Positions 46,446 to 54,495 of a stretch of 64,000 bases of DNA are shown piece by piece. This DNA is from a virus. The translations under genes and the position numbers were made by a program. The first letter of the stretch is position 1. Every line of letters begins with the position of its first letter. The notes beneath the pieces were generated by a model. The model did not search any database, had not been told where the DNA came from, and worked only from the letters and a program-made list of their open reading frames with translations. The stretch covers positions 1-64,000 of the IMG/VR virus record IMGVR_UViG_3300022843_000001. One strand, given 5' to 3'.

Positions 46446-46479
46446 AAAAAAAACCCCAATCTGTGAAGAGTTGGGGTTT
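46446..46479 (-). terminator. Rho-independent terminator
   Basis: AAACCCCAA/TTGGGGTTT stem then T-tract. Confidence 0.75.
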
Positions 46480-46668
46480 GGTATTCTTGAATATGGTTTT
46501 TATATCAAGTTATACTTTCCCCAAGCCAATATCGGCCATGCTCGCCCAATTGCCGCGATCATTGATCGTCGGATATTGAATCGATATAAACTGTTGTCTT
46601 AGGGAAGTCATTTTGCTCATTAATTTTGGTTATGTATTATATATACAAGTTTTGTGCTTAATCTAAAT

Positions 46669-47112
46669 TTATTTTAAACTAAATGATTCACCACATCCAC
46701 ATGCCTGTCCTGCCAGTGGATTGTTAAATGTCAAGCCAGACTCGAATAGTTTCTTAACGTAGTCAACTTCCATTCCATCGATAAACAATATAGATTTCTT
46801 ATCAACAAATATAGACACGCCGTCATGAGCATCCGTGAACTTGTAATCATATTCATCAGGCGTCTCCACGAATTCAACCAGATATTGATAACCACCACAA
46901 CCAGCACCTTCTACACCAAATCGAACTCCTATAGTCTCGATTCCACGGTTATCAATCTCCCATTTGATAAATTGTGATGCATCTTTGGTTAATGTCAAAC
47001 CCACAACCTCAAGTTTTTGTGCAGGTATATTGAAATTTATGTCTGGCTCGATATTCACGATATCTCTGCTTGCTTTGCGGACTGCAGCATAGTAATGTGC
47101 TTTCTGATCCAC
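46669..47112 (-). CDS. iscA: Fe-S cluster assembly A-type carrier (IscA/ErpA/HesB family)
   Basis: RFGVEGAGCGGYQY, VDKKSILFIDGMEVDY, FNNP..ACGCGESF. Confidence 0.92.
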   Translation of the reverse strand: MDQKAHYYAAVRKASRDIVNIEPDINFNIPAQKLEVVGLTLTKDASQFIKWEIDNRGIETIGVRFGVEGAGCGGYQYLVEFVETPDEYDYKFTDAHDGVSIFVDKKSILFIDGMEVDYVKKLFESGLTFNNPLAGQACGCGESFSLK

Positions 47113-47276
47113 CTCATAAACATAATGGCCCGATCTGAGGCCATTAATGAAGCGCCGCCCACATCAGCAATAGGTACTGGGAAATTAAAACCACAAGCAG
47201 TAGAGTACCACAATTCCCCTTCTCTGTAATATTGGAAGGTTACTTGCTTGTTCTTGACCATGTCTTTGATATTCAT
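47055..47276 (-). CDS. Conserved phage hypothetical protein (start MNIKDMVK)
   Basis: VTFQYYREGELWY..GFNFPVPIADVG..MFMRWIRK. Confidence 0.6.
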   Translation of the reverse strand: MNIKDMVKNKQVTFQYYREGELWYSTACGFNFPVPIADVGGASLMASDRAIMFMRWIRKHITMLQSAKQAEIS

Positions 47277-47301
47277 AATATTTCCTGTTTCCTGTTTAAA
47301 A

Positions 47302-47378
47302 TGGTACGTCGAGCGGGAGTCGAACCCGCAACATCTGGATTTTAAGTCCAGCGCCTCTGCCAATTGGACCACCGACGC
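47302..47378 (-). tRNA. tRNA-Leu(TAA), short variable loop
   Basis: Loop CTTAAAA, A73. Confidence 0.88.
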
Positions 47379-47384
47379 ATAATT

Positions 47385-47462
47385 TGGTACCACCACTCGG
47401 ATTCGAACCGAGACATTAACTACTTTTGAAACAGTCCCCTCTGCCAATTGGGGTATGGTGGT
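47385..47462 (-). tRNA. tRNA-Leu(CAA), short variable loop
   Basis: Loop TTCAAAA. Confidence 0.8.
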
Positions 47463-47489
47463 ATTATTCTAACCTAAGTCAGATTAATT

Positions 47490-47564
47490 TGGTGTCTCTA
47501 GGGGGAATCGAACCCCCTACTCTTGGGTGAAAGCCAAGTGATCTAACCGGTAATCCATAGAGAC
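47490..47564 (-). tRNA. tRNA-Glu(TTC)
   Basis: Loop CTTTCAC. Confidence 0.9.
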
Positions 47565-47570
47565 GTAAAA

Positions 47571-47646
47571 TGGTGGGTCCACAGAGATTCGAACTCTGAT
47601 AACCGGATTAAAAGTCCGGGATAATTGCCCTTTATATTATGGACCC
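47571..47646 (-). tRNA. tRNA-Lys(TTT)
   Basis: Loop CTTTTAA. Confidence 0.9.
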
Positions 47647-47682
47647 AGGTCCGCTTTGTTATCGTGTAGCGTTCACGCATTT

Positions 47683-47765
47683 TGGTACGAGGAGAGGGAC
47701 TCGAACCCTCAAAGGCCTGGTTTCTAAAACCAGTAGATCTGCCAATTCTCATTAGCCACCCTCGC
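47683..47765 (-). tRNA. tRNA-Leu(TAG), enlarged D-loop
   Basis: Stem CTGGT/ACCAG, loop TTTAGAA. Confidence 0.8.
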
Positions 47766-48024
47766 ATTAAATCCTCAACTTATTAAGTTGTTTTTCTTTT
47801 TCTATATCGTAGACGGTTGCGGCAAGCGTAAGCAGTCCCGCGGTTATTATCAACTCCCATCATCAAATTAGTGATCTCATTAAATACAGCAACTGGCACC
47901 TCGCCATTATCCATAATATGACTATTGGCAAGTTTACCTTTACCCATCTTACGAAGATGTTGCATTTTGACCTTAATCATAACGGGCATTGTTTTCCATA
48001 TAACCATCATACTATTCTCTTATT

Positions 48025-48102
48025 TGGTACATCTGACGGGGATCGAACCCGCATTTCCCTGATTGAAAGTCAAGTTGCCTATTCCAGTTAGCAGACAGAT
48101 GT
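48025..48102 (-). tRNA. tRNA-Glu(TTC), second copy
   Basis: Loop CTTTCAA. Confidence 0.8.
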
Positions 48103-48122
48103 ATAATTCTTTTAATATATTT

Positions 48123-48198
48123 TGGGGTGTAATCTGGGTTTCGAACCCAACCCTCATGAGTCACAGTCATGCATGCTTCCAATTACACCTATCACACC
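48123..48198 (-). tRNA. tRNA-His(GTG)
   Basis: G-1:C73, loop CTGTGAC, CCA. Confidence 0.92.
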
Positions 48199-48218
48199 CC
48201 AAAATATATTCTACCCAT

Positions 48219-48249
48219 AAAAAAACCCGCGATATTTCTATGGCGGGTT
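48219..48249 (-). terminator. Rho-independent terminator
   Basis: AACCCGC/GCGGGTT stem then T-tract. Confidence 0.7.
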
Positions 48250-48283
48250 AACGTTGTCTCTTATTATAAGTTTGTTACTTTCT

Positions 48284-48358
48284 TTAAGACAATGCATCCC
48301 CGCTACACAATTTCTCGTGTTTTAAGAGTTGTTCTAGTTTTAAAATTAATGTTTTCAT
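48284..48358 (-). CDS. Candidate 24-aa late peptide MKTLILKLEQLLKHEKLCSGDALS
   Basis: TATAAATA (48364-48371) 5 nt upstream of ATG, terminator downstream. Confidence 0.35.
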   Translation of the reverse strand: MKTLILKLEQLLKHEKLCSGDALS

Positions 48359-48395
48359 ATGTTTATTTATACGTTTTATTATTTAATATATAGTT

Positions 48396-48424
48396 ATTAT
48401 AACAGGTTTTTACACCTTTGTCAA
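48396..48424 (-). promoter_or_regulatory. Sigma70 promoter
   Basis: TTGACA-17-TATAAT. Confidence 0.8.
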
Positions 48425-48427
48425 CCT

Positions 48428-48664
48428 TTATTTTGGTGCTTCGTGAGACCAACCCATATCTTTCATTTTTAGATGATCTGCTTTAACCTTTGCCATTTTG
48501 CTTTTTCCTGTCTTAGGGTCATACATCATGTGCGGCTCAAAATCATCTTCTTTGACACATTTATTAACCATCTTACCTTTGTTCTTTCCAGTACCGTCCT
48601 GCTTACCGTCTTTCTTATAGCCGTCCCAGCAATCTTGTTCTCTAAAAAATTTAAATGTTTTCAT
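48428..48664 (-). CDS. Small putative internal head protein
   Basis: MKTFKFFRE N-terminus; CWDGYKK..KCVKE motif. Confidence 0.65.
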   Translation of the reverse strand: MKTFKFFREQDCWDGYKKDGKQDGTGKNKGKMVNKCVKEDDFEPHMMYDPKTGKSKMAKVKADHLKMKDMGWSHEAPK

Positions 48665-48665
48665 A

Positions 48666-49046
48666 TCATACCTTAATTTTAGGGTCGTTAGACTTAAAGT
48701 CTTTCTTTCTCATGATAGTCTTTGTGACCATCTCTTTATCTTTTGGACGTGCGTTTATGACAAACGGTATGTTTACATCGTTTGCAACATCATTAATAAC
48801 TGCCTCGAAATTGTCTGGAAAGTCTGCCATAGATTTTCCCATTTTTTTCCAAGCTTTTCTGAACAGACTTATTAACTCTGCAGCAGTAATGGGTTTTCCA
48901 TTTCTCTCATCATTCATTCTGTCGGCGAAATGTCGTGTAAAAGATACATCGATGTTTGCCTTTTTAAACAACTTGTCGGCAAACTTCTCTACCTGATTAA
49001 GTTGATCTTGAGTTATTTCTTCGTTAAAGTTTTTAAAGGATTTCAT
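48666..49046 (-). CDS. Putative internal head protein
   Basis: MKSFKNFNEE N-terminus; late promoter 49052-49059; FTRHFADRMND..VTKTIMRKKDF. Confidence 0.7.
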   Translation of the reverse strand: MKSFKNFNEEITQDQLNQVEKFADKLFKKANIDVSFTRHFADRMNDERNGKPITAAELISLFRKAWKKMGKSMADFPDNFEAVINDVANDVNIPFVINARPKDKEMVTKTIMRKKDFKSNDPKIKV

Positions 49047-49063
49047 TTAGCTATTTATAACTT

Positions 49064-49333
49064 TTAAGATTCCCAATAACTAAAGAATTGTATCTTGTAG
49101 TATTCCAACCTTGTTGCCACGTAGTTTAAATGATTATTGAACCATCGTCTAACAATATAACCACGAGCAATACTGATTACAGTAAAAAATGTAACAATGG
49201 CCCAATGTTGATTAGATGTAAAGTTCATGCCTGTTATTGACGCAATCACAGGCCATGAGATAAACCCTATTACAAATCCAATGATCGTATTTAGACAAGT
49301 TTCCACCAACGATACAAATTTGCTCTGTATCAA
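49064..49333 (-). CDS. Small membrane protein
   Basis: SLVETCLNTIIGF..FFTVISIARGYIVRRWFN. Confidence 0.65.
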   Translation of the reverse strand: MIQSKFVSLVETCLNTIIGFVIGFISWPVIASITGMNFTSNQHWAIVTFFTVISIARGYIVRRWFNNHLNYVATRLEYYKIQFFSYWES

Positions 49334-49587
49334 GATTTATTTCTCATTTTTTGGTATTCATGGTGCAATACGGATATCCACACACCAGACAAAATGAATG
49401 CAGCCAGAAAAACATAGTCCCAACTGTGTTGAAATGGCGCACCCCATATTAGGATTTCGATCATTCCCTCTATTGCATTAAAGATCATAAACATCATAAA
49501 GATGCCATACCAAATAGAACAATAAGGATGCTTATGAAACTTGACTGTATCCACCACACAAAATGCATATCTGTTTAATATATTCAT
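49330..49587 (-). CDS. Small membrane protein
   Basis: Two hydrophobic segments. Confidence 0.5.
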   Translation of the reverse strand: MNILNRYAFCVVDTVKFHKHPYCSIWYGIFMMFMIFNAIEGMIEILIWGAPFQHSWDYVFLAAFILSGVWISVLHHEYQKMRNKS

Positions 49588-49802
49588 CTATAATCCTCGC
49601 TGTCATAATGACCTCTAGACAGTATTTCATAAATGTCTTCGGGTTCAGGCTCGGGGTTGTTTACAAGATCCATCTTGGACATTTCCTCTTGGTGCCAGTA
49701 GTCCCATTCCATGGCGCTTTCGTACATATGTTCTGAATACCACGAATCATTTTCTTCTTCCATAATAAGATATTGTTCGTCTGTATAATTTTCTGTTGAC
49801 AT
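49584..49802 (-). CDS. Acidic hypothetical protein
   Basis: Start MSTENY. Confidence 0.5.
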   Translation of the reverse strand: MSTENYTDEQYLIMEEENDSWYSEHMYESAMEWDYWHQEEMSKMDLVNNPEPEPEDIYEILSRGHYDSEDYR

Positions 49803-50055
49803 AAATTTTTTTCTCAATCTTCTTATAATTAGCACCAATAAACTCACGCAGGTTCGCACTTTCTATTTCTGATTCAGTTTTCCAGATATCGAAGTAACGT
49901 ATATATGAAATATCTACATGACAGCGCAAACATCTACTGTACCGTTCACTGTGGTAATTTGATTTTATGTCAAAGAAAGTGTAAGTGCCTCGTACCCGAC
50001 GATGAACGTTTTTTCGATCAACTTTATGGCCAAACCACGAACACATCATACCCAT
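49747..50055 (-). CDS. Hypothetical protein
   Basis: First ORF after promoter 50090-50118. Confidence 0.5.
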   Translation of the reverse strand: MGMMCSWFGHKVDRKNVHRRVRGTYTFFDIKSNYHSERYSRCLRCHVDISYIRYFDIWKTESEIESANLREFIGANYKKIEKKIYVNRKLYRRTISYYGRRK

Positions 50056-50089
50056 TTAATGACTTCCTACTTAATTATTTAGTACGTGT

Positions 50090-50118
50090 ATTATACCACA
50101 ACTATGGTGTAATGTCAA
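50090..50118 (-). promoter_or_regulatory. Sigma70 promoter
   Basis: TTGACA-17-TATAAT. Confidence 0.8.
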
Positions 50119-50539
50119 CAACATCGCCAATATATCGTTCAACTACGCGTTCTCTCAAATTAGTAGTGCTAAAAGAGTGCTTTCGTTGGTTGTACACGAT
50201 TTCGATGTCTCTCTTACCACAAATCGACTTACCTGTGAAATTTGTCATTTTATACTCTTCGCCAATAAATCTCTTGTGTATATCATATGTGAGCATTATA
50301 TCTTCAAGATCGGTCTCACGTGTGTACGGCACGATCTCATCAACGTACCGACACCCTTTTAATTGCACATATCTTTCAAACAAAGACTGAATAGGTGCAT
50401 TCTTTTGAGGCCTGTCGATAGTCGGGTCTGACTGTAATCCTACAATTAGATAATCACATTTTTGTTTTGCTTCGTGTAACATGGAAACGTGACCTGCATG
50501 AAAAAGATCAAAGGTGCTAAAAGTTATGCCTATGATCAT
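50102..50539 (-). CDS. Glycerol-3-phosphate cytidylyltransferase-like (TagD family)
   Basis: TFSTFDLFHAGH HIGH motif, YLIVGLQSDP, QRKHSFSTT. Confidence 0.9.
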   Translation of the reverse strand: MIIGITFSTFDLFHAGHVSMLHEAKQKCDYLIVGLQSDPTIDRPQKNAPIQSLFERYVQLKGCRYVDEIVPYTRETDLEDIMLTYDIHKRFIGEEYKMTNFTGKSICGKRDIEIVYNQRKHSFSTTNLRERVVERYIGDVVDITP

Positions 50540-50808
50540 TGCGATACACCACCTTGTCTTTCTTCGCCATGTTTGATTTCCCACATATTCAAGTTTCTTG
50601 TCAGATAATCAAAAAACAAGTCGCTTTTAGTAACACTCCAAGCTACACATTCGTCTTTCATCACAAAGATAGTATCTTCCTTAGGACTATCATCATCATC
50701 ATCATCCTGGGCTACATATATAGCGTTGATACCCCTTGACATTTTTCCATGTACAACCTCGAACATATGTAGCATTTTTTCTTCAATTGTTAAATCTTGT
50801 TTATTCAT
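50536..50808 (-). CDS. Hypothetical protein
   Basis: Coupled between ligase and cytidylyltransferase. Confidence 0.55.
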   Translation of the reverse strand: MNKQDLTIEEKMLHMFEVVHGKMSRGINAIYVAQDDDDDDSPKEDTIFVMKDECVAWSVTKSDLFFDYLTRNLNMWEIKHGEERQGGVSQ

Positions 50809-52127
50809 TACATTTTCTCCTGTTCATCAAAGCCGCGGAATCGGACGAATCGCGGAAATCTTAAACTATAAGTGTCTTTATCTCTAGACTGAGTGATGGC
50901 GTCTGCTTTTATCTCTACGACACCAACAGGGTTATCGCTATTCCATATAAGATCGCGAGTCTCGTCAGTCAACCCTGACCCAACACTAACCAAGATCTCT
51001 TTACCATCTTCAACACCACTGCATACAAGTGCACCAAGGGTGCCTTTATATTTTCCTTCGCCTTCTTCTAGCTTTATCACCTTCAAGTCAAGCGTTATGA
51101 ATGGTTTTAATTTCAACCAACTTGAAGACCGTTTACATTCATAAAATGATTCTGGGTCTTTAAGCATGATTCCTTCATATCCACCCTCGATTGCTTGTTT
51201 ATTAATTTCTTTATATCTTGCCCGACCTGCGTCAGTATCAAGATCAACCACTTCACTAGATAAAAATCTAATGTGTTTGAATAGATATGATTTGTTATAT
51301 GATTCTACAACAACGGAGCGTTCGGCTTGTTTTAATAGACTTTTTCCAGCAAGAAATTCATCCAAGGGCAATATATCAAATACGTGAAGCACAGCATCAC
51401 CAGCATCCACATCACTTTGTCTATTGACTTGAGTCATCAGGTCTTGAAAGTTGCTCGACATAATTTCACCGTCAAGTACCATATCAACAGGAAAATCTAG
51501 TGCCGACAATTCCGTCTTCGTGTGGCCAAAATTAAGCAATTCACGGCCATTGCGAGTGGTTTGGATGATACCACCTTTGTTGGCCTTGATTACAGTCAGA
51601 ACTCTAACTCCATCGAGCTTGATTTCTATTTGCTTTTTACCTACAACTTTCTTTTCGTGTTTTGCACTATCATGAGCAAGCATACAAGCAAAAACAGGAA
51701 TACCATATTCTGTTAGCATACCCGCCTCTTTTACTGCCTTGTTGACTGTGGATTCAGTAAATCCTGATCTCATATCCTGAATAAGAATATGGCGATACCA
51801 GAAGTCCCATTGATCTTTGCCAGACTTTTGCATAACTTCGATTATCGCATCTCTTGCTGCATGTCCCGTCAACCTTCTAGATTCGAGGTCATCTGTTAAA
51901 TTAGTAAAGTCATCCCATGGTAACGTAGGTGAATCAAATGATTGTGTAGACCAAGGAATTTTTTTAACTCCAAACGTGATAAGAGGATTCATTGCTAAAT
52001 TAAACCCTGCAAACAATTCGTCATTTCCTGCTTCAGCTTCGACGCGGATGGCATTCTGTTTAAAAGTTTTACCATTGTCGCTCTGAAGATGTACTATGAA
52101 ATCCCAAGGATTTGTTTTAAATGTCAT
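50808..52127 (-). CDS. gp30: ATP-dependent DNA ligase
   Basis: EIKLDGVR (motif I), LDGE, EGIMLK, WLKLK, LRFPRF. Confidence 0.95.
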   Translation of the reverse strand: MTFKTNPWDFIVHLQSDNGKTFKQNAIRVEAEAGNDELFAGFNLAMNPLITFGVKKIPWSTQSFDSPTLPWDDFTNLTDDLESRRLTGHAARDAIIEVMQKSGKDQWDFWYRHILIQDMRSGFTESTVNKAVKEAGMLTEYGIPVFACMLAHDSAKHEKKVVGKKQIEIKLDGVRVLTVIKANKGGIIQTTRNGRELLNFGHTKTELSALDFPVDMVLDGEIMSSNFQDLMTQVNRQSDVDAGDAVLHVFDILPLDEFLAGKSLLKQAERSVVVESYNKSYLFKHIRFLSSEVVDLDTDAGRARYKEINKQAIEGGYEGIMLKDPESFYECKRSSSWLKLKPFITLDLKVIKLEEGEGKYKGTLGALVCSGVEDGKEILVSVGSGLTDETRDLIWNSDNPVGVVEIKADAITQSRDKDTYSLRFPRFVRFRGFDEQEKM

Positions 52128-52247
52128 TATTAATTTCTCATTTCAATTTTATACAGTAGTGCAAAATGCCGATTAACACCAAGAAGGTCACAACCAACAC
52201 CAGCTTAAACTTTAATACAGTTATCTTGTGTTTGTTCATATCATAAA

Positions 52248-52724
52248 TTACGCAAAAGTTAAAGTTGCCAAATAAGCAAAGGCATGATGATATTTTTCAA
52301 TCCGAGCAAAGTCTTTTCCACGCAAACCTTTCATACGAGTTGGGTCCATGTTATGTTTCAGATCAATTAATTTTACCATTACCGCGTCCTCATTTACGGC
52401 GATTCTATTAATGTATTGATCATAATCTTCGTCTGGTAAATGAGTCATCGACTCAATTCCAGCAATAACTCTGTCACTAAAACCCGTGCGCTGCAATCTA
52501 TCAAATGTCCATTCGGGTTTGTCTTCGATCAAGTCATGCATGATGGCGATTTGCATCATTTCAGGGTCGTTTTTTGTTTTCTTTCCAATGTTGTTCATTA
52601 CATGAATACAGTGAAGAATATATGGTCGACCGCCTTTATCTAGATCATAAGAGAAAGCAGCAGCAGTAATTTCGATTGCAATTGAAAGCATTCGGTTTTC
52701 GTGATCTGTTTTCATAATATACAC
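52248..52724 (-). CDS. HD-domain protein, small alarmone hydrolase (Mesh1/SpoT-HD)-like, copy 1
   Basis: DKGGRPYILH..V, AIMHDLIED, VKLIDLKHN. Confidence 0.8.
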   Translation of the reverse strand: MYIMKTDHENRMLSIAIEITAAAFSYDLDKGGRPYILHCIHVMNNIGKKTKNDPEMMQIAIMHDLIEDKPEWTFDRLQRTGFSDRVIAGIESMTHLPDEDYDQYINRIAVNEDAVMVKLIDLKHNMDPTRMKGLRGKDFARIEKYHHAFAYLATLTFA

Positions 52725-52746
52725 TCTTCAATTAATTTATACAACC

Positions 52747-52775
52747 ATTATATCATTAATAATGGTACTTGTCAA
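52747..52775 (-). promoter_or_regulatory. Early sigma70 promoter
   Basis: TTGACA-17-TATAAT plus shared leader. Confidence 0.85.
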
Positions 52776-52799
52776 CACTTATTTTTAATTAATTAGGTG

Positions 52800-52828
52800 T
52801 TGACAAGTGAATAGAAGTGTGTTATAAT
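52800..52828 (+). promoter_or_regulatory. Plus-strand sigma70 promoter with extended -10, antisense to IntC-kinase gene
   Basis: TTGACA-17-TGnTATAAT; no plus-strand ORF downstream. Confidence 0.75.
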
Positions 52829-52860
52829 AACTAAGTCGTGCCGGGGCAGGTTGGTATGTA

Positions 52861-53793
52861 CTAATCGAACTTCCTTGCCATAAGGGTATCAATTGGTATA
52901 TTTGCAGATATCCAACCCCACAATTGAGTTTTAATATCAATCATTTTGTTTACGGGTTTGGATGGCATTTTGAGGGTCAGGTATTTAAAATCTTTTATTG
53001 TACCAAATATATCACCTTTCTGCTTCTTGCCACCGAAAGGTTTATCTAATCCTGTACGACCACGCGCTTGGGTACCACGAATAGAGTCTGTAGGTTTATC
53101 ACCATTTGATCTATAATCTTTTCCATCAGAAGTCTTGAAGAATATAGTATTCTTTTGGTTGTTTAATACAACGTGAATGCCGCCATTCAGACCAACGGGT
53201 ATCTTATTTTTATCTACAATATCCCACATAGTCTTGGCCGCGCCTTCATGAGTTTCGAACATAATATCTGAAGGTACTACTCTTTCTCTGGATGCATTCT
53301 GTTTAATCGCTATCTTATAATCTGTTAATATCCAAACCAAATGTACATTGTTAGGATTATATCCCGCATCATACATTCTAGGTAAAGTTTTATCAATTTG
53401 CTTTAGATCTTTTAGAGTAACGTCAAACATGATGTTTGGCAATATTTCTTTATTCTGCATGGCGCCAATCATATTAGACAGAGTTTTATCTTTGATTCCT
53501 TTTTCGTCTACAAACTTGTGTAGTTTAAAAACGTCTTCAGGTTTCTTTAAATTGAGGCCACGTATCTCTGGATATTTCTTTTTTAACTTATCGATTTTAA
53601 GGAACGTCATTTTCCATTCATCAACATCACGAACTTTATAATCCTGAGAGTTAATAAAATTCTTTGCGGCAAACCCTTTACCAGAGTTATGAACTAACAT
53701 ATTTTGCTTTGTGACATGATAGTTGTGATTGCCCGATATGCTCAGATCGTGAACTACTTCCTTAGTTATTTCACTTCTTCTTATTAATTTCAT
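52861..53793 (-). CDS. Split-intein C-precursor: IntC (36 aa, ends VHN) + C-extein of a zeta-toxin/AAA_33-like P-loop kinase
   Basis: MKLIRRSEITKEVVHDLSISGNHNYHVTKQNMLVHN|SGKGFAAK; Ser +1 at 53685-53683. Confidence 0.9.
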   Translation of the reverse strand: MKLIRRSEITKEVVHDLSISGNHNYHVTKQNMLVHNSGKGFAAKNFINSQDYKVRDVDEWKMTFLKIDKLKKKYPEIRGLNLKKPEDVFKLHKFVDEKGIKDKTLSNMIGAMQNKEILPNIMFDVTLKDLKQIDKTLPRMYDAGYNPNNVHLVWILTDYKIAIKQNASRERVVPSDIMFETHEGAAKTMWDIVDKNKIPVGLNGGIHVVLNNQKNTIFFKTSDGKDYRSNGDKPTDSIRGTQARGRTGLDKPFGGKKQKGDIFGTIKDFKYLTLKMPSKPVNKMIDIKTQLWGWISANIPIDTLMARKFD

Positions 53794-54006
53794 CTGTTTT
53801 TTCCAATTTCTCGGTAAGTTCGGTAAGGGTCAATTCTGGAAAATGACCTCGGTCTTTTAAATATTCAGCCTTTTCTAAAAATCTTAACCATTTTTTGTGT
53901 CGTCATTCATACTCGATGGGCCTTGCCTGTGTCTATAACAACATTTCCCAATCGTATATCTTCCACCATCATTGCTTTATCTATATTTAGTTCCATTTCC
54001 GTCATA

Positions 54007-54020
54007 TATTTATATTTATA
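54007..54020 (-). promoter_or_regulatory. Two overlapping late promoter boxes upstream of the IntC gene
   Basis: TATAAATATAAATA. Confidence 0.7.
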
Positions 54021-54113
54021 TTGCGGAAATTGTGATTCACATGCTAAACGTTTGTCTAAATTTATTCCAAAATCAACTAAACCTTTTGGCAGGTGGTGTT
54101 GGTATTGCGTTTA

Positions 54114-54494
54114 TTATGCTATTGGTATATCCTTTGCTTGTACCCATTCACCTTCAATAAAGAACTCGTGATTTGCAGTGCACTTAACTATTTCGCCATT
54201 ATCGAACTCTAATTCTAACATAGGCTCTGGATTAGCTTCGAAAGAGTGGGTGTCTTCAACTTCTTTAAGTTCTTCGTTTCCTGTATCTTCATTTGTAGTC
54301 CAAACCAAATCACCTTCTTTTATATCTGAAATTGGTGTATGGCCCGATTCAGTATGTACCAGAGTATCTGCCGAGAAACAACCGGCGCCACCGGCAAGTA
54401 TAACAATCTGACCGTATCGAGCGCCTTTGTTGATTAGCAGAAGTTTTTCTTGGAGTTCTTGTTGCTCCACTATATGATTTTTAAAGGATAACAT
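54114..54494 (-). CDS. Split-intein N-precursor: 38-aa N-extein + IntN (88 aa)
   Basis: ..IVILAGGAG|CFSADTLVHT (block A), CTANHEF (block B TxxH); Cys1 at 54380-54378. Confidence 0.92.
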   Translation of the reverse strand: MLSFKNHIVEQQELQEKLLLINKGARYGQIVILAGGAGCFSADTLVHTESGHTPISDIKEGDLVWTTNEDTGNEELKEVEDTHSFEANPEPMLELEFDNGEIVKCTANHEFFIEGEWVQAKDIPIA

Positions 54495-54495
54495 A

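Noticed and set aside
42840-47767. ORF-track entries overlapping tRNAs (42840, 43427, 44448, 47447 extension, 47543)
   Set aside because: Translations of tRNA genes, not proteins
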